From NCBI GenBank assembly GCA_012295275.1, contig CM022667.1, positions 22,258,001 through 22,322,000 of the forward strand: a stretch of DNA of 64,000 nt, in the 5' to 3' direction. Under the pieces are notes generated by a model that made no database searches, was not told the DNA's origin, and saw only the letters and a list, made by a program, of their open reading frames with translations. Below, one piece after another: positions 39,299-54,289 of this stretch. The translations under genes and the position numbers were made by a program. This DNA is from Chrysomallon squamiferum (lineage: Eukaryota; Animalia; Mollusca). The stretch's first letter is position 1, and every line of letters begins with the position of its first letter.

Positions 39299-39702
39299 AA
39301 AATAAAACATCCAAATGACAAAACAAATTTAAACCAAATTATATATGGCTGTCAGGTTTATAATAATTACATCTTTGTGAAAACTGTTGAACACAGTGTT
39401 ACATATTAGTAGTTTCATTTAACTAGTTTGGTTGCACTATGAATATTTCTAATTGACACAGTAGAAAAGTACTAATGTCATTACAAAATGTTCTGTTCTG
39501 AAGTAACTAATATTATTTCAAGTTATTTTTTGTTTTTTGCTGGTCTGACTAGGAGGCTAGACATCAAGAAAGACATAAAACAAAAGAGAAATAAGTATTT
39601 TTCTTTTACAATATAGTTTCAGTAGTGTATATAATTTTTTTTTACATCAACAGGTAATTAATGTAACTAAATTTTTATTAAGGGAACTTAAAAAAATTAT
39701 TG

Positions 39703-39738
<36 letters not shown>

Positions 39739-42700
39739 GATAAAGAGAAAAAGAAGTATAACAGAAGGAGAAGAAGAAGAAAACAATAGCAAACATATAC
39801 ACATACACAAAAAAAACCAATTCTGGAAATAACGTTTTTGAAATTGTCAGATTTTCAGTCTGTGTAGTGTTAGGAAAGCTAGGTTGCAGATGCTCTGGAT
39901 TATGATAGCACTGGTATTTTGGCAGGTTTATAATTCCACAAGTTGTTTGTACAATGGCTAGACAGCAAAGTTGCTTCATCAATGAAAAAATGACTTTATC
40001 CAGACAAAATAAATATGAAATGTTTTTTATTTGTTTGGTATTTGTTTATTAATAAAAATAATTACAGCCCAGCAATAACTAGAATGTATTGTATATGCAT
40101 ACATAATACTAATAAAACAACAGTTTTAGAAAGCCCATATGACATCAGTAGTGATTAATGGCTGATTATTGCTGTATTTATAAATGTTAAAAACATGTTA
40201 AATTAAATTTAATATTGTAAAAATTATGTTTCCATAATCACTGCAAGTTTGATCAGTGGCCTGAATTTTAAATGCCATTTTAAAAATTCCTTATACATAA
40301 AAATGTGAATAACAGTAGAGAATGTTAGTTTTATTGTGGTACATTAATAAAACTATGTAAACATCATTTATTATTAGTTTATATTTGAACAGCTATAAAG
40401 TTTGTCTGTGCTTTAAATTTATAAATTGAGATTAGCTACAAATATATTTTACATGCTTTATTAAGACTTCAGTCTATTTTTATTAGTGACAGAGTTTGGC
40501 ATTAGTTCTTTCGGAAAGAACATTTGTTGCTAATTTTTAAAATGTGTGTTCAAAACTCTAGCTTAATTGTCATGATTTTGGATTGACATTTAAAAGCCTT
40601 AAGTTACCAGACTAACATATTCTGAACAATCCAGTCCACAACATTATGTAATTTTATTAAGGTTTACATAATATGAAATATGTACTTACTCTATGTACTT
40701 ACTGTTTTAAGAAAGATGTCTGTTGTCTGACAAGGAGGCTTGAAATCAAATTATATTGTGTAGTACTTGATAATAAAATTATTCTCCTTTGACAATACAC
40801 ACACTAATGAGTAACAGTACATTTTATTTGATCTCTTTGATAATTTGATACATTTTCTGAAACTTATTGACAGTCCATCCATGTCATCAGACTGCCTATC
40901 AATACCCCCACCTATTCTGATGAGTAATTCAGTCATTTTATCTCTGGTTGTTTTCACCCTCTAATGGTTTCTTCTTAACAAGTCTGAGTCCTATGGACAG
41001 TCTAGCCCTGTCTCAGCAGTCCATGCAGAAAAATATTATTGATCAGGTAAATGTCATGTTTATATCTGTCTGGGTCGCAGATGGCATAAGCCCCATCGCC
41101 CCCCACACATCCTTTATGTCTGAGGTTTTTCTGCTTGTATATTTTACCATTTGCTGTGCTGAAAATACCATGATGGAGAGAATTACTAAATTATAATAAT
41201 AAAGTAAAAGAAAGGTTAAAAAAAGAAGAAGCAGCATTTAAGAAATTTATCATATAAATAGAGATGTACAACTAAAATTATTATTTTAAATATGTAAGCT
41301 GTACATATTCATTGTAAAATAAGAATAATTTAAAATGACAGTCTTTTAAAAATTCCATTAATAATATATATTCGTTATTAATTACCTGGAAAAGTACGTT
41401 TTCTTATATTTTCTTTTTCTTTTTAATGAACCATCTAAAATAAGGTTCCATAATTTTTCTGAAGCTGTTATTTTTTTTCTAGCACTGGTTGAAATCACAA
41501 TTTTTTGTGTTTTGTTCTATAACAGTAGGTTTGTGTTTGCCAATCAAACTACAAAGGAAAAGTTGGCTGTCATATTCTGCTGTGCACACACAGCCTGGTT
41601 GTTCTTCAGCAGACTTTACTTATTGTCTTGACAAATAGGCAGATGAATACAAATGTCAATTTTTGTCCGAGTTTCACTGATTTTGAAAGACATTTTCTGA
41701 TATGCACATTTATAGTTACTTGTGCACCTAGGTATATGAAAATATGTCTGTGTGTGTGCTTGTGTGTGTGTATGTGTGTGTGTGTGTGTTTATGGATGTG
41801 TGTATATCAGCTGCAAATGAATATGAATGAAATATGATATAAACTTTACTTTTATTGATTGTAATGACATATGCATTAAAATGCATTCTCAAAAATATTT
41901 ACAGAGATTTGTTTAATCAATATGCTATAATTATTTCTGCATAATTATTGAGAAAACAAAGATGATAATGCATGTTCATTTAATTAATATGTAGGGAGAA
42001 ACAAAGACATGAAAAATGTCTGATGCATGACAACAATGACATTTTAACAATATTTCTATCAATTCTTTACAAGAATTTTTTTAAATACTTTGAAATAATG
42101 CTATTAATAAATTATTAATGAGAAAATGTGAATTTATCTTCAGGTTTTATCTTCCTGTTCACTTTGCCATTTCACCACATCCCAGCATTAACATATCATT
42201 TATGCTTTCGTGCAACTTCCTCTGTTGTCTTATTGTGCTTACTAAGCTATAAATCTTCTGTTTTCCTAAAGAAAGAGCTTTACTTCATTGGTAGTGGAGG
42301 GGTGTGGGAAATCACTGTCCTCGACCTGTCTGTAAAGGTTCATTTAAATTGCTATTTCCAATAAAGTTCACAGTTGACTTACAGAAGTATCACTCATCTG
42401 AAACTGTTTTCTTCACTCCTGTCAATATTAATCAAAGATACTGTTTGCCTGATTCTAATGAATTGTACCTCAATAACTCTGACAGGCCTTGCAACAGATG
42501 GGCCAAACAGGCAACAAATTAGCATCAATTTTTTATGAGCAAACTAACTGGTATGACACTTCATTGTGGGCAGAGAATGGTTCAGTATAACTGTCCTTAC
42601 ACTGTGATTCTGGCACCTAAAACACCTTGACCATACATGTATGCTGACCACATAGTGTATTGACAAGTAGCAACTTTCATTTGCTTGGTTTTTGTTATCA

Positions 42701-43575
42701 GCTGTGTTCATTCCATTTGGTGATCAACAAAAATATTGAGCTGTCATGTATGAATCTTAATAATTTGATGATGATCTCTTTGACCATTTTCGTTGGTTGT
42801 TACTTTAAGAGTTCAGAAGATGTTGGTGCTATTTGTTTGTTCCTTCACTTTACCATATTTTTATGATCTTTTTTAAAACAAAAATGCAAACAAAAGTTAA
42901 TTATGTGTGTGCGTGTGTGTGTGTGTGCAATCTAGCCTGTGAGAGAGAAAAACATGCATAGCAGACAGCAGTGAATACTAAAAGAACTTTTAAAATTGCC
43001 AAAACAATAACAATAATTGAAAAAAAAAATAGTATCCTGAAGCAAACAATAAAATGAAGTAAAAAATCCATAAATAAAAAGGTCATAATAACTGCCCAAA
43101 GGCAAGTAAAATATAATAACAGAGAGAAAATGTCTTTCTTTGGGTAAAATTTTATAATCTTATCAAAGTCTCTGTGTCTTTTTGCAGTTTTTTGTTTGTT
43201 CCCTAATCAGTGCAATGGTGATCTTTTTTTTTTTTTTTTTTCTTAACTTCAGTTCCTCATTTTTATTTTTTATTCACTTTTTTTATTAGCAGGAGCCTGA
43301 AACATTTCTTCAGATGTCAACTTGACCAAGGCAGGACTAGTTTAATTTTAAACATTTTTATGATTCCTATTACTACCTAGAGCTGTTCTTGTATCTGTTT
43401 GCATTTATTTTCAAAATACATAATTTTATATATCCACATTATTACTGGTTTGTTTATTTTCTCATTTTTCTTTTTGATATGTATTATTTTGAACTATTTT
43501 TCATAATTGTGGGATGCTGTATTACATATAAAATACTTTTTGTAAAATTATTTTGTGCATTGTATAACATCTGTT

Positions 43576-43578
<3 letters not shown>

Positions 43579-43646
<68 letters not shown>
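43579..43646. repeat. (CA)n microsatellite, the longest of many CA/TG tracts (others near 11310, 13626, 28472, 35922, 45844, 56375, 58442, 60979, 61850, 62190)
   Basis: Directly visible. Confidence 0.97.
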
Positions 43647-43650
<4 letters not shown>

Positions 43651-45837
43651 GTCATACATGAATATTAAAAAAAAAAAAAACACTCAGTATTTTAAACCTG
43701 ATTCCAAAATATCACATACTTACATTTCATTTTATTTTTTTGGTATAGTCATCACTTCACCAAATTGTCTGTATTTGCTCAGTTTATATAAAAGTTTATT
43801 ATTATTATTATTGGCATCATTGATTTTTATTACATATTTTATTCCATATTTCCTTCCCTCTATGGAGAATGGCTCACAGTATTTAGTATTGATTCCAGCA
43901 TATGGTGTTTTATTATTATTCATATTGTGTAAGACGGTTATGGCAGAGTTGTGTCATATTGATCATACAATCAATACCAGACAGGATCGACCAAATTGCA
44001 TCAATTTGCGTCAGAGGTTTGTTGTGCTGTCTACAGAATTGATGCATTACAGTACTGGAGAAAACTAATGCTTTTCTGAAATGTATTTTATCTGTACTAG
44101 ACAGGGGTCTTCAGTGCTGCTTGATATTATGTGTGTTGTGCACATTTTCCCACTACACTTCATTTTACACACTGATAACATTCACTCAGACAATACTGAA
44201 CAATAGTTCATCCACACACACATCATTGCTTTGAAACTACAGTTATTTTTTCTTCTTCTAGTATCAGTTGTATTTTTTTTTTCTATAGTAAACAAACATT
44301 TAAAAAATATTTTTTAATTTTATGTCAGTATTATAACAATATTATAGCTTATAATTAAAATAAAATATCATTTGACATAGACTAAAGGAAACAACACATT
44401 CACATTTCAAGACTGCTGATAAGTTTTTTTAATACTGACATTTAAAGGGTATGATAGTCTGTAAGGATAATTTTATGGCAGGATATATTTATCTTGACAC
44501 ATAACTGGATATATCAACCTATATGATGTAACTGTAAGTAATACCTTTCACAGAACCTATGATACTGATTTGTCATCAGTAATTGATATGCTTCAGATGT
44601 TTGTTATTTAAGATGACTTGAAATATAGAACTATGCTGTCACAATTAGTACCATTCCAAACATCTTTCTCTTTATCATTGTCTGTCTGTCTTTTACTTGC
44701 AAATTAATTTGTATAATTCAAGTCAGATTTGGATGGCAAATTCTTTGAAGTCTTGCTCCTGTAACAGCTGACTTTCTGTATAAAATAATAATACATTTTT
44801 ATTTAGCTGTCATAATGTCATTTCTTAATGCATATGGTTCATGTGTTCAACTCTGCAGAATAGTTCAAAAATACATTAATGGATAGATTGCCCTGTCACC
44901 ATTAAACACTTAGATGTTTAAAACTTGATGTTTGAAATTCCTTTAGTTTTTCTTTTATTTGCCTTAAATTATTTATAAAACTTATATATATTTATTTATT
45001 TAATACTGCTCTGTTAATGAGAACTGAGTAATTACTAAAAAATTAAATAAAATCATTTAGACAGGCTAATGACATAGTCTGGATTTTTCTTAGTGATAAA
45101 CATGTGATAAAGTTATGTAGGCTGGACACAGATATTGGTACTTTATTACAATGATCATGAGCTTCAAACAAAATAATTGACAAGACATGCATTTTGTGCC
45201 TGTTTTTATTCACACAAGGAACCAGCCAGACAAGCCACTTAGATGTAATTAGCACTGAAGGTTAGATTGAAAAAGCTCCATTAGGTGCATGGCATGTATA
45301 AATTATATTTCTGCAGTTTCATGCAGATGAATGAATATCTTCTTTTCTATGTGGTGTAAGACAAATTCATCAACTTATAGTACATACCAGGTTAATATTA
45401 GAAGTAATGAAAAAAATCGTGATTTTCAGAAAAGTCTCTTTTATAATGAAAATATTTTTCTAGAGAAAGGCTCCCTATATTCATACACACAACAAACACA
45501 CACATGTCTTATACATACACATGCAACTATGACTAGAGGTAGTGCATTACCCAGAAAATTCTGGTTTTTTATTTGGTTTTATCCACACACACACACACAC
45601 ATTTGTGCTGCAGATAGTAGATACTGAAGAGTCAATACTAATTAAATGTCTGGCTGATAGGAAAGAGAGATTGTCAATTTTTAATTTACTCTGGCCTTTG
45701 ACAAATTATCTGCCCCACCAGTTTCACTGTGTTTTGCAGGAAATCTGTCTGTAGTATTTTGTCTGACATCTTAGAATTTGTAACCAGTAAAACATCAGTT
45801 TTATTTGTATCCATTTTCTAGTGATATATATGTGTGG

Positions 45838-45885
<48 letters not shown>

Positions 45886-48800
45886 AAAAAAAATTAATTG
45901 GAAAAAACTGATGTTTTTATAATGATGATATTATGAGGGAGTAGGAGAAACAAAATTGACTTGTATTTAGTAGGTTTTAATTGAAAATGAATTACAAGAA
46001 AAAGAAAATGATAAGAAAAACAATTTGTAATAATCCATAATTTTCAATAGCTTGCTGATTTCTTCTTTCATTCATGACACTATATATGTATGTTGATAAG
46101 TTGGATAAACTAGTGAAAGAGTCTGTAAGATTTAAGACATCATGGAATTCAAATTTAATAGACAGTTATTTATAATTTCTAAAAACTAATAATAAACCAG
46201 AATATTATGACAAAAAAATAAATACAGGAAAAACAAAATTTCAAATCTTTTCATCATATGTATTCTTGATCTGTTTAAAAGAATAAAATAAGTCCAAGCA
46301 CCCAACCACATTAATATAGAAGATAATTAGTACTTTGTAATGTCTGATAAGCTCGTAAATTGTTCAACTGGTGTGCCAAAACAGCACGTTCCTGTTATAT
46401 ATTTTTTAAATTATTTATTGCCAGCACAACTTTATATCAAGAGTCTGTCGCTATAATATTTCAAGGTGTTTCTGAAGGCAGCAAGCCAAAGAGGCAGTCA
46501 CTGAGGGCCATATTTTATGGTCTGCAATTGATCACCCTGATAAGCCAATATACATGATAAGATTATGGCCTCTGGCATTCAGTGCATATCTTAGAGACTG
46601 GAGAACATGTCTTCCTCAGTCTTATAGTTTATGGATATGCTTTTGTTCTGTGCTGAAACACCAAGCAATGAACCTTTTTTTTTTTTCAGTTAACGTTTTT
46701 ATTTATATTATGGGGAGTTGACGAGGTCAGTGGACTGATTTAACTCTGGGCCCAGTCAAGAGAATGTTAGATGACAGCAGCTAGCAGTGTGCAACTATTG
46801 GCTTATGCTCAGCTTGCATCATAAGTCAGATAGCCTGTCTTCCTTTCTCTGTATGGAAAATTGTAAAGTAGAGAGAAAAAGAAAGAAGAAAAAGGCAGGA
46901 ATATTCAGCCCTATCTTCTGTACTTTGTGTGTCTTCCTGACTGGTTCTGACTGAAATGTGGAGCACTACAACTGGGACAAGGTGCTCCCTTTTTGTTGCT
47001 TTTTGTAAACGTGTGATATGTCTATTATTCTAATGTGTCTGGAAACCAGTGGGCTGTTGTCAGCTGCAGACAAGCTTTGTGACCTACAACTGACGAGTAG
47101 CGTGTGCATAGACTGACTCAGGCTGCTTAGCTACATGCAGCCATTTACCTCAGTCAGGTCATGACCTGCACAGGATTAACTAGGTTTATGTGTGCTGATT
47201 AACCCAAATGACAGCCTTGCCTGTAAGATGGCTGGAGTGTATTTCTAAGGCAAGACATCAGGAGTTGTATTCCCTTGCTATCTAGATGCTGTTAGAGTAA
47301 AACTGTCAGCTCAGTCTGTGTGCTGTGTGGTACAGTCTGTGACGTCATTTGTGAAAGTGCACATGTGAAGGGCAAAACCACAATACACATGCACCCATCA
47401 ATGCAGTTTATGGTGAAAACAACCTGTTGTGCAGTTGTGCAGCAGGTATGTGAAAAGAAAATCATTTTTATAAAATATATTCTTATCACAGAACAGAGAC
47501 ATTTTGTCCTGTTTGAAATTCCTCTAGGATATGTTGTCATTCACTGTTAAAGGAAGGTAGACAGATATTATGTAATAGCACTAAGGAAATCTTATCTAAA
47601 GATATGCTAAAGTAGACGTCTGCTTGTACATCTTGCCTGCAATTGGGTTAAAGTCTGACTTGTCTGCCTCTGCTGATCACAGTGACCTGCTGGTAATTTC
47701 AGCAGTGAATCCAAGTAGTTATGTGGATAGCCAGAACATTTTGTGTATGCGTCTTTCAGAATGTAAACTCACTTGCCCCAGAGTTTGATAAAACTGAGGA
47801 AGTGAGTATATTTATCTGTATATAATACATACATACATACATACATACATACAAACATAAATATATATATATATATATTTATGTGTATGTGTGTATGTGT
47901 GCATGTGTGTGTGTGAATGTGTGTGTGTGGTTTTGAAGATATATATATATATATATGCTTTAATTTTTCATGACTGGTCTTTTGAAAACAGTTAGCTCAG
48001 TTTTTAGTGTTGTGTTGATTGTACTATCTCCAGACATGGAACATATTTAAGTACTGGTATGTCTGTGTTTGCATAACTTCTGTCATGAATCAAGCTAAAA
48101 AGAAGGTACAATGCAAGTACAGTGTTGTAATAGCCAGAAGCTACACATTTATTTGATCTAAGAGAAATACACCAAACCATTTTATATATTAAATGAGAAA
48201 GAAAATTTACTCTGTCCTTTCTGTGGATTATAGTTTAATGGAAAATTTGGAATTTATGTGAATTTATTTCTTGATTTACTGTATATTTTATTTATTATTA
48301 ATTTCAGTGTCAAAAGTGGTGTTTGCTCATTTGTGTAACATTTCTTGCAGAAGGTATTTAACAATGTTGCTAAATGGAGTTCTGTCATTTGCTCATTTGA
48401 ACATTATGTTTTGTGTAACTGTTGAAATGGAATTAGTATCTGTGTGAAAAGCAGTATTTCCAAAAAATATTCATTTAAAGAAAAACAACAGCATAGTTTC
48501 AGTTTATTTATTATTTCTTTCTTACCATAAAACAAAATAATTTTCTTCTTTAGACCCCCCCTTCCCTGCTAAAAAAGAAGTGACTAGCATTTATATATTT
48601 TTAATTTATTATGAATTCAACACTGGAATGGTTTGCCAGTTTGGAACTCATTCCATGTGCATAAGTGTACAAAGGTCATGTGTTATCAGTGCACAGATGA
48701 AGATGATTTCTCTCTGGGATTAATACTAAATACAGTATTTTGATGGAACACTTGTCCATGTTGCCTTTTACCAATAAATGTGGTCAGCTTTTCCTAACTG

Positions 48801-48946
48801 TGTGGCATGACTGCAAAAACTACACAGAGAAGGAATTATATTTCATTATGTTTGGTGAAACATTAAGGATTGATGTTACATGGTGCAGCAGTAAACAGTT
48901 GCATGGTGTGTGCAAGTAAATGGACTAATGACTGGTCACCTGCGGA

Positions 48947-49034
48947 ATGAGTTTTACGACTAATGTACTTCTGGTCACACTATATGCACTTTGGATCGCA
49001 TGCATGATTGCAGTTAAAGCTGAAACGAAGAAAG
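48947..49034 (+). CDS. CUB-LDLa protein, proximal first coding exon (MSFTTNVLLVTLYALWIACMIAVKAETKK-), signal peptide
   Basis: First in-frame ATG after a TGA at 48929; hydrophobic core and V-K-A cleavage motif; 88 nt ending in phase 1 at consensus AAG|GTAAGT, in frame with the CUB exon. Confidence 0.8.
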
Positions 49035-52000
49035 GTAAGTTCATACAAGTTTGTTAATTTTTAAAAAGGATGTAATTCTAAGTGAGATAACCAGATAATC
49101 CAGTTATTTTTTGTTAATAAAAAAAAAGAGGAAAAAAATAAATAAAACAGTAAAATAAAAATGCAGATTCTTGCACAGAAATGTTTCATATTTAATATTA
49201 TATTGGATATATAAATATGTTGCTGTTGCTGAGTGCAGATACGGTATGGAACATTTTAAAACAATTTTACAAAAATAACTATAGCAGTATATTTTATTAT
49301 TATAGTTACTGAAAATATTTTATACTAAATCTTGTTTTTGAAAATATGTTAACATAAATATATGGTAATTTTAAAGTTTACTTGATTATGAAGTATAAAA
49401 ACAAAGAATAAAAGCCCACCCTAATTCAGTAGCCAGACAGTTTTATTTATTTATTTCACATAATAAATGAATATAATAATATTTATGAAAGACAGAAATA
49501 ATAAATGAGATTATTAATTTTTTTGAATGATCATTACAATAGATTTGTGAAATTCATTCAAATCCAGTGTAGAAGTACATAGAGAAAAAAATATTGTAAT
49601 GAATGAGACTGATATTTTAAACCAGGTAGCCATAACAACATCTTTTTATAACATGACTTGCTGTTGGCTCAATCGTTTGGCATATGATGGAAAATGTATG
49701 AGCACATTTACAGTGCACATTCTTGATGGATGTTGGCACTGCACATGGTAAATTTCAATAAGTTTTTCAGCAAGATGTTGTGGATTCAGCTTCAGGTTTA
49801 TTGCAGAATACTAAAGAAAAAATATTGCTATTAATCTTTGTTTTCAATATTAAAGCTGTAAATACTTTAATCTTTAGCACAAATTTAATAAATTAAAATT
49901 CCTTTTTTTAATGATGCAGAACCAGATTGTATACAAGTCATTGAAAAGTGTACTTGCTAAAACTGGTTTCCTAAGAATCACCATATACAGTATATTCAAG
50001 GTAGATTCTAATAAAAAAAAGTAAGTTATATTGGGTTATTTATTAATTCACTCCACAGATAAAATCAATGCTTATTTAGAGTCTGGTTTTAAATTAATAT
50101 ATATTATTCTCAATACAAACTAGAAAATTAATGAAGTCATAAGTCTGTGGTGAAAATTAATGCAAATATAATAACAGTTGTTTTATTTGTTAATGATGTA
50201 CAGTCATTGCTAAAAATTAAAGTTTATTTATTTATTTACTTATTAATATTTGTTTGTATTTCTGTAGAGATGATGGCTAACTTCATGGGTAACAATGTAA
50301 TGTATGTAAAATATAATGGTAAAAGTAATCTGTTTCTAAATACATATTCGCTGCAGTGAAATAATGTACAGAGAGCACAACACAGCAGTAACTGCTGTAT
50401 TGTTTCTTTTATTTTAAAGAATAAGAATCACTTAAGTTAAAATTTTAAACCTTTCTAACGGTATTTATTTTCATTTCTAACTTACTTTATTCATTTGTGT
50501 TTGACTAACAGTTGAAAATTTTAAATACCAATGGGCTATTTATTATTAATGGGGAAAATAATATAAAAGTAAAAATAAACCAAAAAAAACGCAACCAAAT
50601 AAAGTATATATATATATATATATAAAACATTTGTCGACGAAGAGCAGATAAGAACAAAACCTATTTATTCTATAGGTGAATTATTTTTTTTCTTTTATTG
50701 AAAAAATGTTTTTTTTTTTTTTCTTTTAGAACTGAACTGAAATGTCTCTATGGTGTCAGCAGCATTTTATACATTAATATTTTTGTTGTTATATTTAATA
50801 GCATATTTAGGAAAAATAGTGCAACCAGCAGGCACAGAATAATGCATTTTTAAAATGTCTAATTACTGTTTGGTTATAGATGTGTAAAAGGAATGCTGCA
50901 TTATTTAAGAAGACACACTGGTTGAAATATGACAAAATTTGAAGAAAAAAAATAGTTTTTGAGATTTTGAATGACCATTTACAGAAATTATTCAGCTTTC
51001 TATTCATACAAGTTAAAAAGTCTAAATAAATTGTATTGTGTCCAAAAAAAAGCATTTTGTGAGGTGCGTGTCACTGAAATTTACACATTTTAGTCTAATT
51101 CTGCATTTATTTCCAGATTTTATTTTCGATGCGTGTTTCTTGAAACCTCCATGAAATTTGACATTCTGCATACTGTTGAAAAGCCCCATTTTCTCTGAGC
51201 GTTATGGCAACAATGTTCTGAAAATAGATACAAAATTTATCGAGATATTCCTTCATTTAGTGCACCACCCTCTGACAATATGAGAGAAAAAATTAAGATA
51301 GCATTGCCCATGGATTGGTTGGTCGTATGATATCACATGACTTGTTGCCGCATTCTGATTGGTTATCAGCATTATTTCCAGTGACAATGATTACTTCCGT
51401 TCATTGATTTTTTGCCCTGAGCATTTTGTTTTAAGATTTAATTTTTAGAAATCATGAGACTCATTGTGGAAAGAAAACCAACACAAAATACAAATTTGGC
51501 AAGGGAAAGCTATTGCGCAAAACATTCAGTGGCCTTCCCCAAAGACTTCCAAAATATAATTGGAACGTGTTTTGGAAATTGATGATGAAGGTAAAATTTG
51601 TTAGTAATGACAGCTTTCTTTTTGTTAATTTTAAATGTAAATATGTTATTATAAGTTTCAAGGACAAACGACAACTAATATACACAGTGTGTATATATAT
51701 ATATATAAAAAAAGATTTTTAGATAAATGTTTCAGGTTGTTTTTTTTTGGAAGGAAATACATTCACACAGTTATCATAATAATTATATACAAAATCACCC
51801 CAGTAGCTAGAATATGTGGTAATATAGTTATAAATCTTTATTTGCTGTTTTCTCACATTTCGTTCGTCGAATTTCTAAAAATGTTTTTAAAGGTGCTGCA
51901 TTAAAACTGTTTGCACTAGAGATCCTAAATTTGGAATGTATATTTTTAGAAACAAACACTAGAAAGTGACAGAAAGAAAATCTTGCTAAAAATGTTCCAT

Positions 52001-53684
52001 TCTTTTCATATAACCTTTATAATGTGTCAAGTATGGAAAAATATGAGAGAAAAAGTAATAATTTAAAAAAAAAAAAGGCTAATTTCTTTCTGTTGCTTTC
52101 TAGAACTATAAGCCTATGATCAACCCCAGCAGTTTGAATGATATATATATATATTGGTTTAGGTTGGAGAGGTTCATGAAATTGGATACTAAAATGCAAA
52201 AAAAAAGCCAAAAACAAAAATACCATTTGTCATTAAAAAATAAGCTGGTACTAGTGTTTTATAGTAAGAAATAAGGATTATTTCCACCAAGTTTTAATTA
52301 TATACCATTTTTTTTCCAGATATTAATATTATGAACTGTTTTTCTAATAGTGTATTTTTAAATGCGTACAGCAAGCTTAAATGTGCTGAATCATGACTTT
52401 GTTATATTCATAACAAAATCATCATCTGTCTGTGAGGTCACATTCTTAATTACTGTTAAATATTACTTAAAATTAATCATCTCAACATTAACTGTAGGCT
52501 TTTAAATGTTTGTTTCACAACAGTAGGGGTTTTAATGTAACAATAACCTAGATATATAATTAAATAATATTAATCATTTTAATATTAATGCTTATCAGTA
52601 GTATAGATGGGTACACATTAAAAAAAATTATTTTGATATTTATCACAATGCATAGTCAAATAAGCATGAAATAATTTTTTTTTTTTTTTTTTAACAGTAT
52701 GCATAGTGCAGTATACATTCAATCTAATTATATTAATACTGACCAGCATCAAATTAGTACATAGCTTGGACACATATTAAAAATCCTTTAAAAGCCTGAA
52801 ATTCCTCCACCTAGAGAGCATCTGTAAACATTTTTATGAAGCTATTGTATTTTACTTGATGATACAGTCCTCCAAACATGAGGAAAAGGCCAAAATAACT
52901 TGTGTGGATATAAACAGATAATCACTACAGATTACCACAACACATAACTGGCCATAACCTAAAAACTGTCATGTGGATTTGCTGCAAATTTTGAGTGAAT
53001 AAAGACAATAAACTGTTCTAACGTTAACTTCAATTTCAGTTATGATCAGTGCAGTACTGAGCTGAGTTGTATAGCTATAATATATAAAGTAGCAAATGAA
53101 ATACTAAACTAGAAAGGAACCTGCATATATTGACAGGTAACATTACAACAATTTCACATCCAAAAACAGTCAGTTGGATACAAACAATATGGACTTGTAA
53201 TTTGTTGTATTTTGATCATGTACTTTTCAGATTCAAATTCCAGACACATCTATGTTTTGTTACTGGATGTAACAATACATTCAAGTATGTTTTTTTAACT
53301 TTATTTTTTATAACTTGGATCATTTGAATAAAAACAAAAGTGTGTAAGACTAACATTGTTGATATCACAATCTATTTCAGCAGTAAAAGGGAAATGTGAA
53401 AGAAAAAGAACAGACTATTTTACCCTACAGATGTCATCCAGTAGATGTTTAACATTTATAATAAATTATATTCCAGTTCATATCACTTTAATCTTTATAA
53501 ACTGGCATTTCTTTTAAGGGATAAGTGTAACATGTTGCAGTATCAGCTGCTTTCTTTTTAACCATACCAAAACTAGTTGTTAAACTAAATAAGACCATTT
53601 AAAATAAAAAAATAAAATAAAATAAACACATAAAAATAACAACAAATAAAAATCAAAAGAAAACAATATAATTTGCTTCTAAAC

Positions 53685-54245
53685 AGTCAAAATTTACACT
53701 GAATTCTCAAGATACCCAAAAATAAAAAATTTGTTTTTGTTTATAAGCATCTTGTTTTGTAATTTAATTTCAGTGTTGTACACATTTCGTTAAAAATTTA
53801 TTAAAAAATTATTTATTATCTAATGTGACTATTGCATGATTGCTATCTAAGGACAAGACAAAGCATAAACCACAAAATAAATCTGAAATATCTTCACATA
53901 CAAACTGTTACTGATGTGTTAAATTTTTATTTTTTTATTTTATTTATCTTTTTTTTTTTAAAGAATAAAGTCAGAAATGTGACTTCTTGCATGTATGGTA
54001 GACGTAAATTCAAATTTATATATTTATTATTTTAAATATTTGTTCTTCATTTAAGAAACGTCATAGTCTTAACATATTTTAAACATACATTTAATATTTT
54101 AAATATTTGTTCTTCAATTAAGAAACAGTATCATAGTCTTAACATATTTTAAAAGGTATGAATATATGAATCATAGTTTTGTCAATAGCTTGCTACAGAA
54201 CATCAAACAAATTACATTAGATAAACTGGATAAACCTTAAAAAAC
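53685..54245 (+). repeat. Intronic segmental duplication, copy 1
   Basis: Colinear blocks shared with ~56025-56735: ATTCTCAAGA.ACCCAAA, AATTTAATTTCAGTG.TGTACACATTTC, TTTTAAAGAATAAA, ATCATAGTTTTGTCAATAGCTTGCTACAGA. Contains an internal ~65-bp tandem duplication at ~54029-54152. Confidence 0.85.
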
Positions 54246-54289
54246 GATATTGTTGATATCGCAATCTATTTCACAATCTGTTTAAATGG

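Noticed and set aside
47760-47801. 42-nt AG/GT-bounded segment as a coding cassette exon
   Set aside because: It contains TGA in the phase-1 frame needed by the host gene; at most a UTR exon.
18631-51902. TTAAAGG starts (18631, ~21408, ~22232, ~44443, ~51887) as Kolobok-type termini
   Set aside because: No matching inverted partner ends were found by eye.
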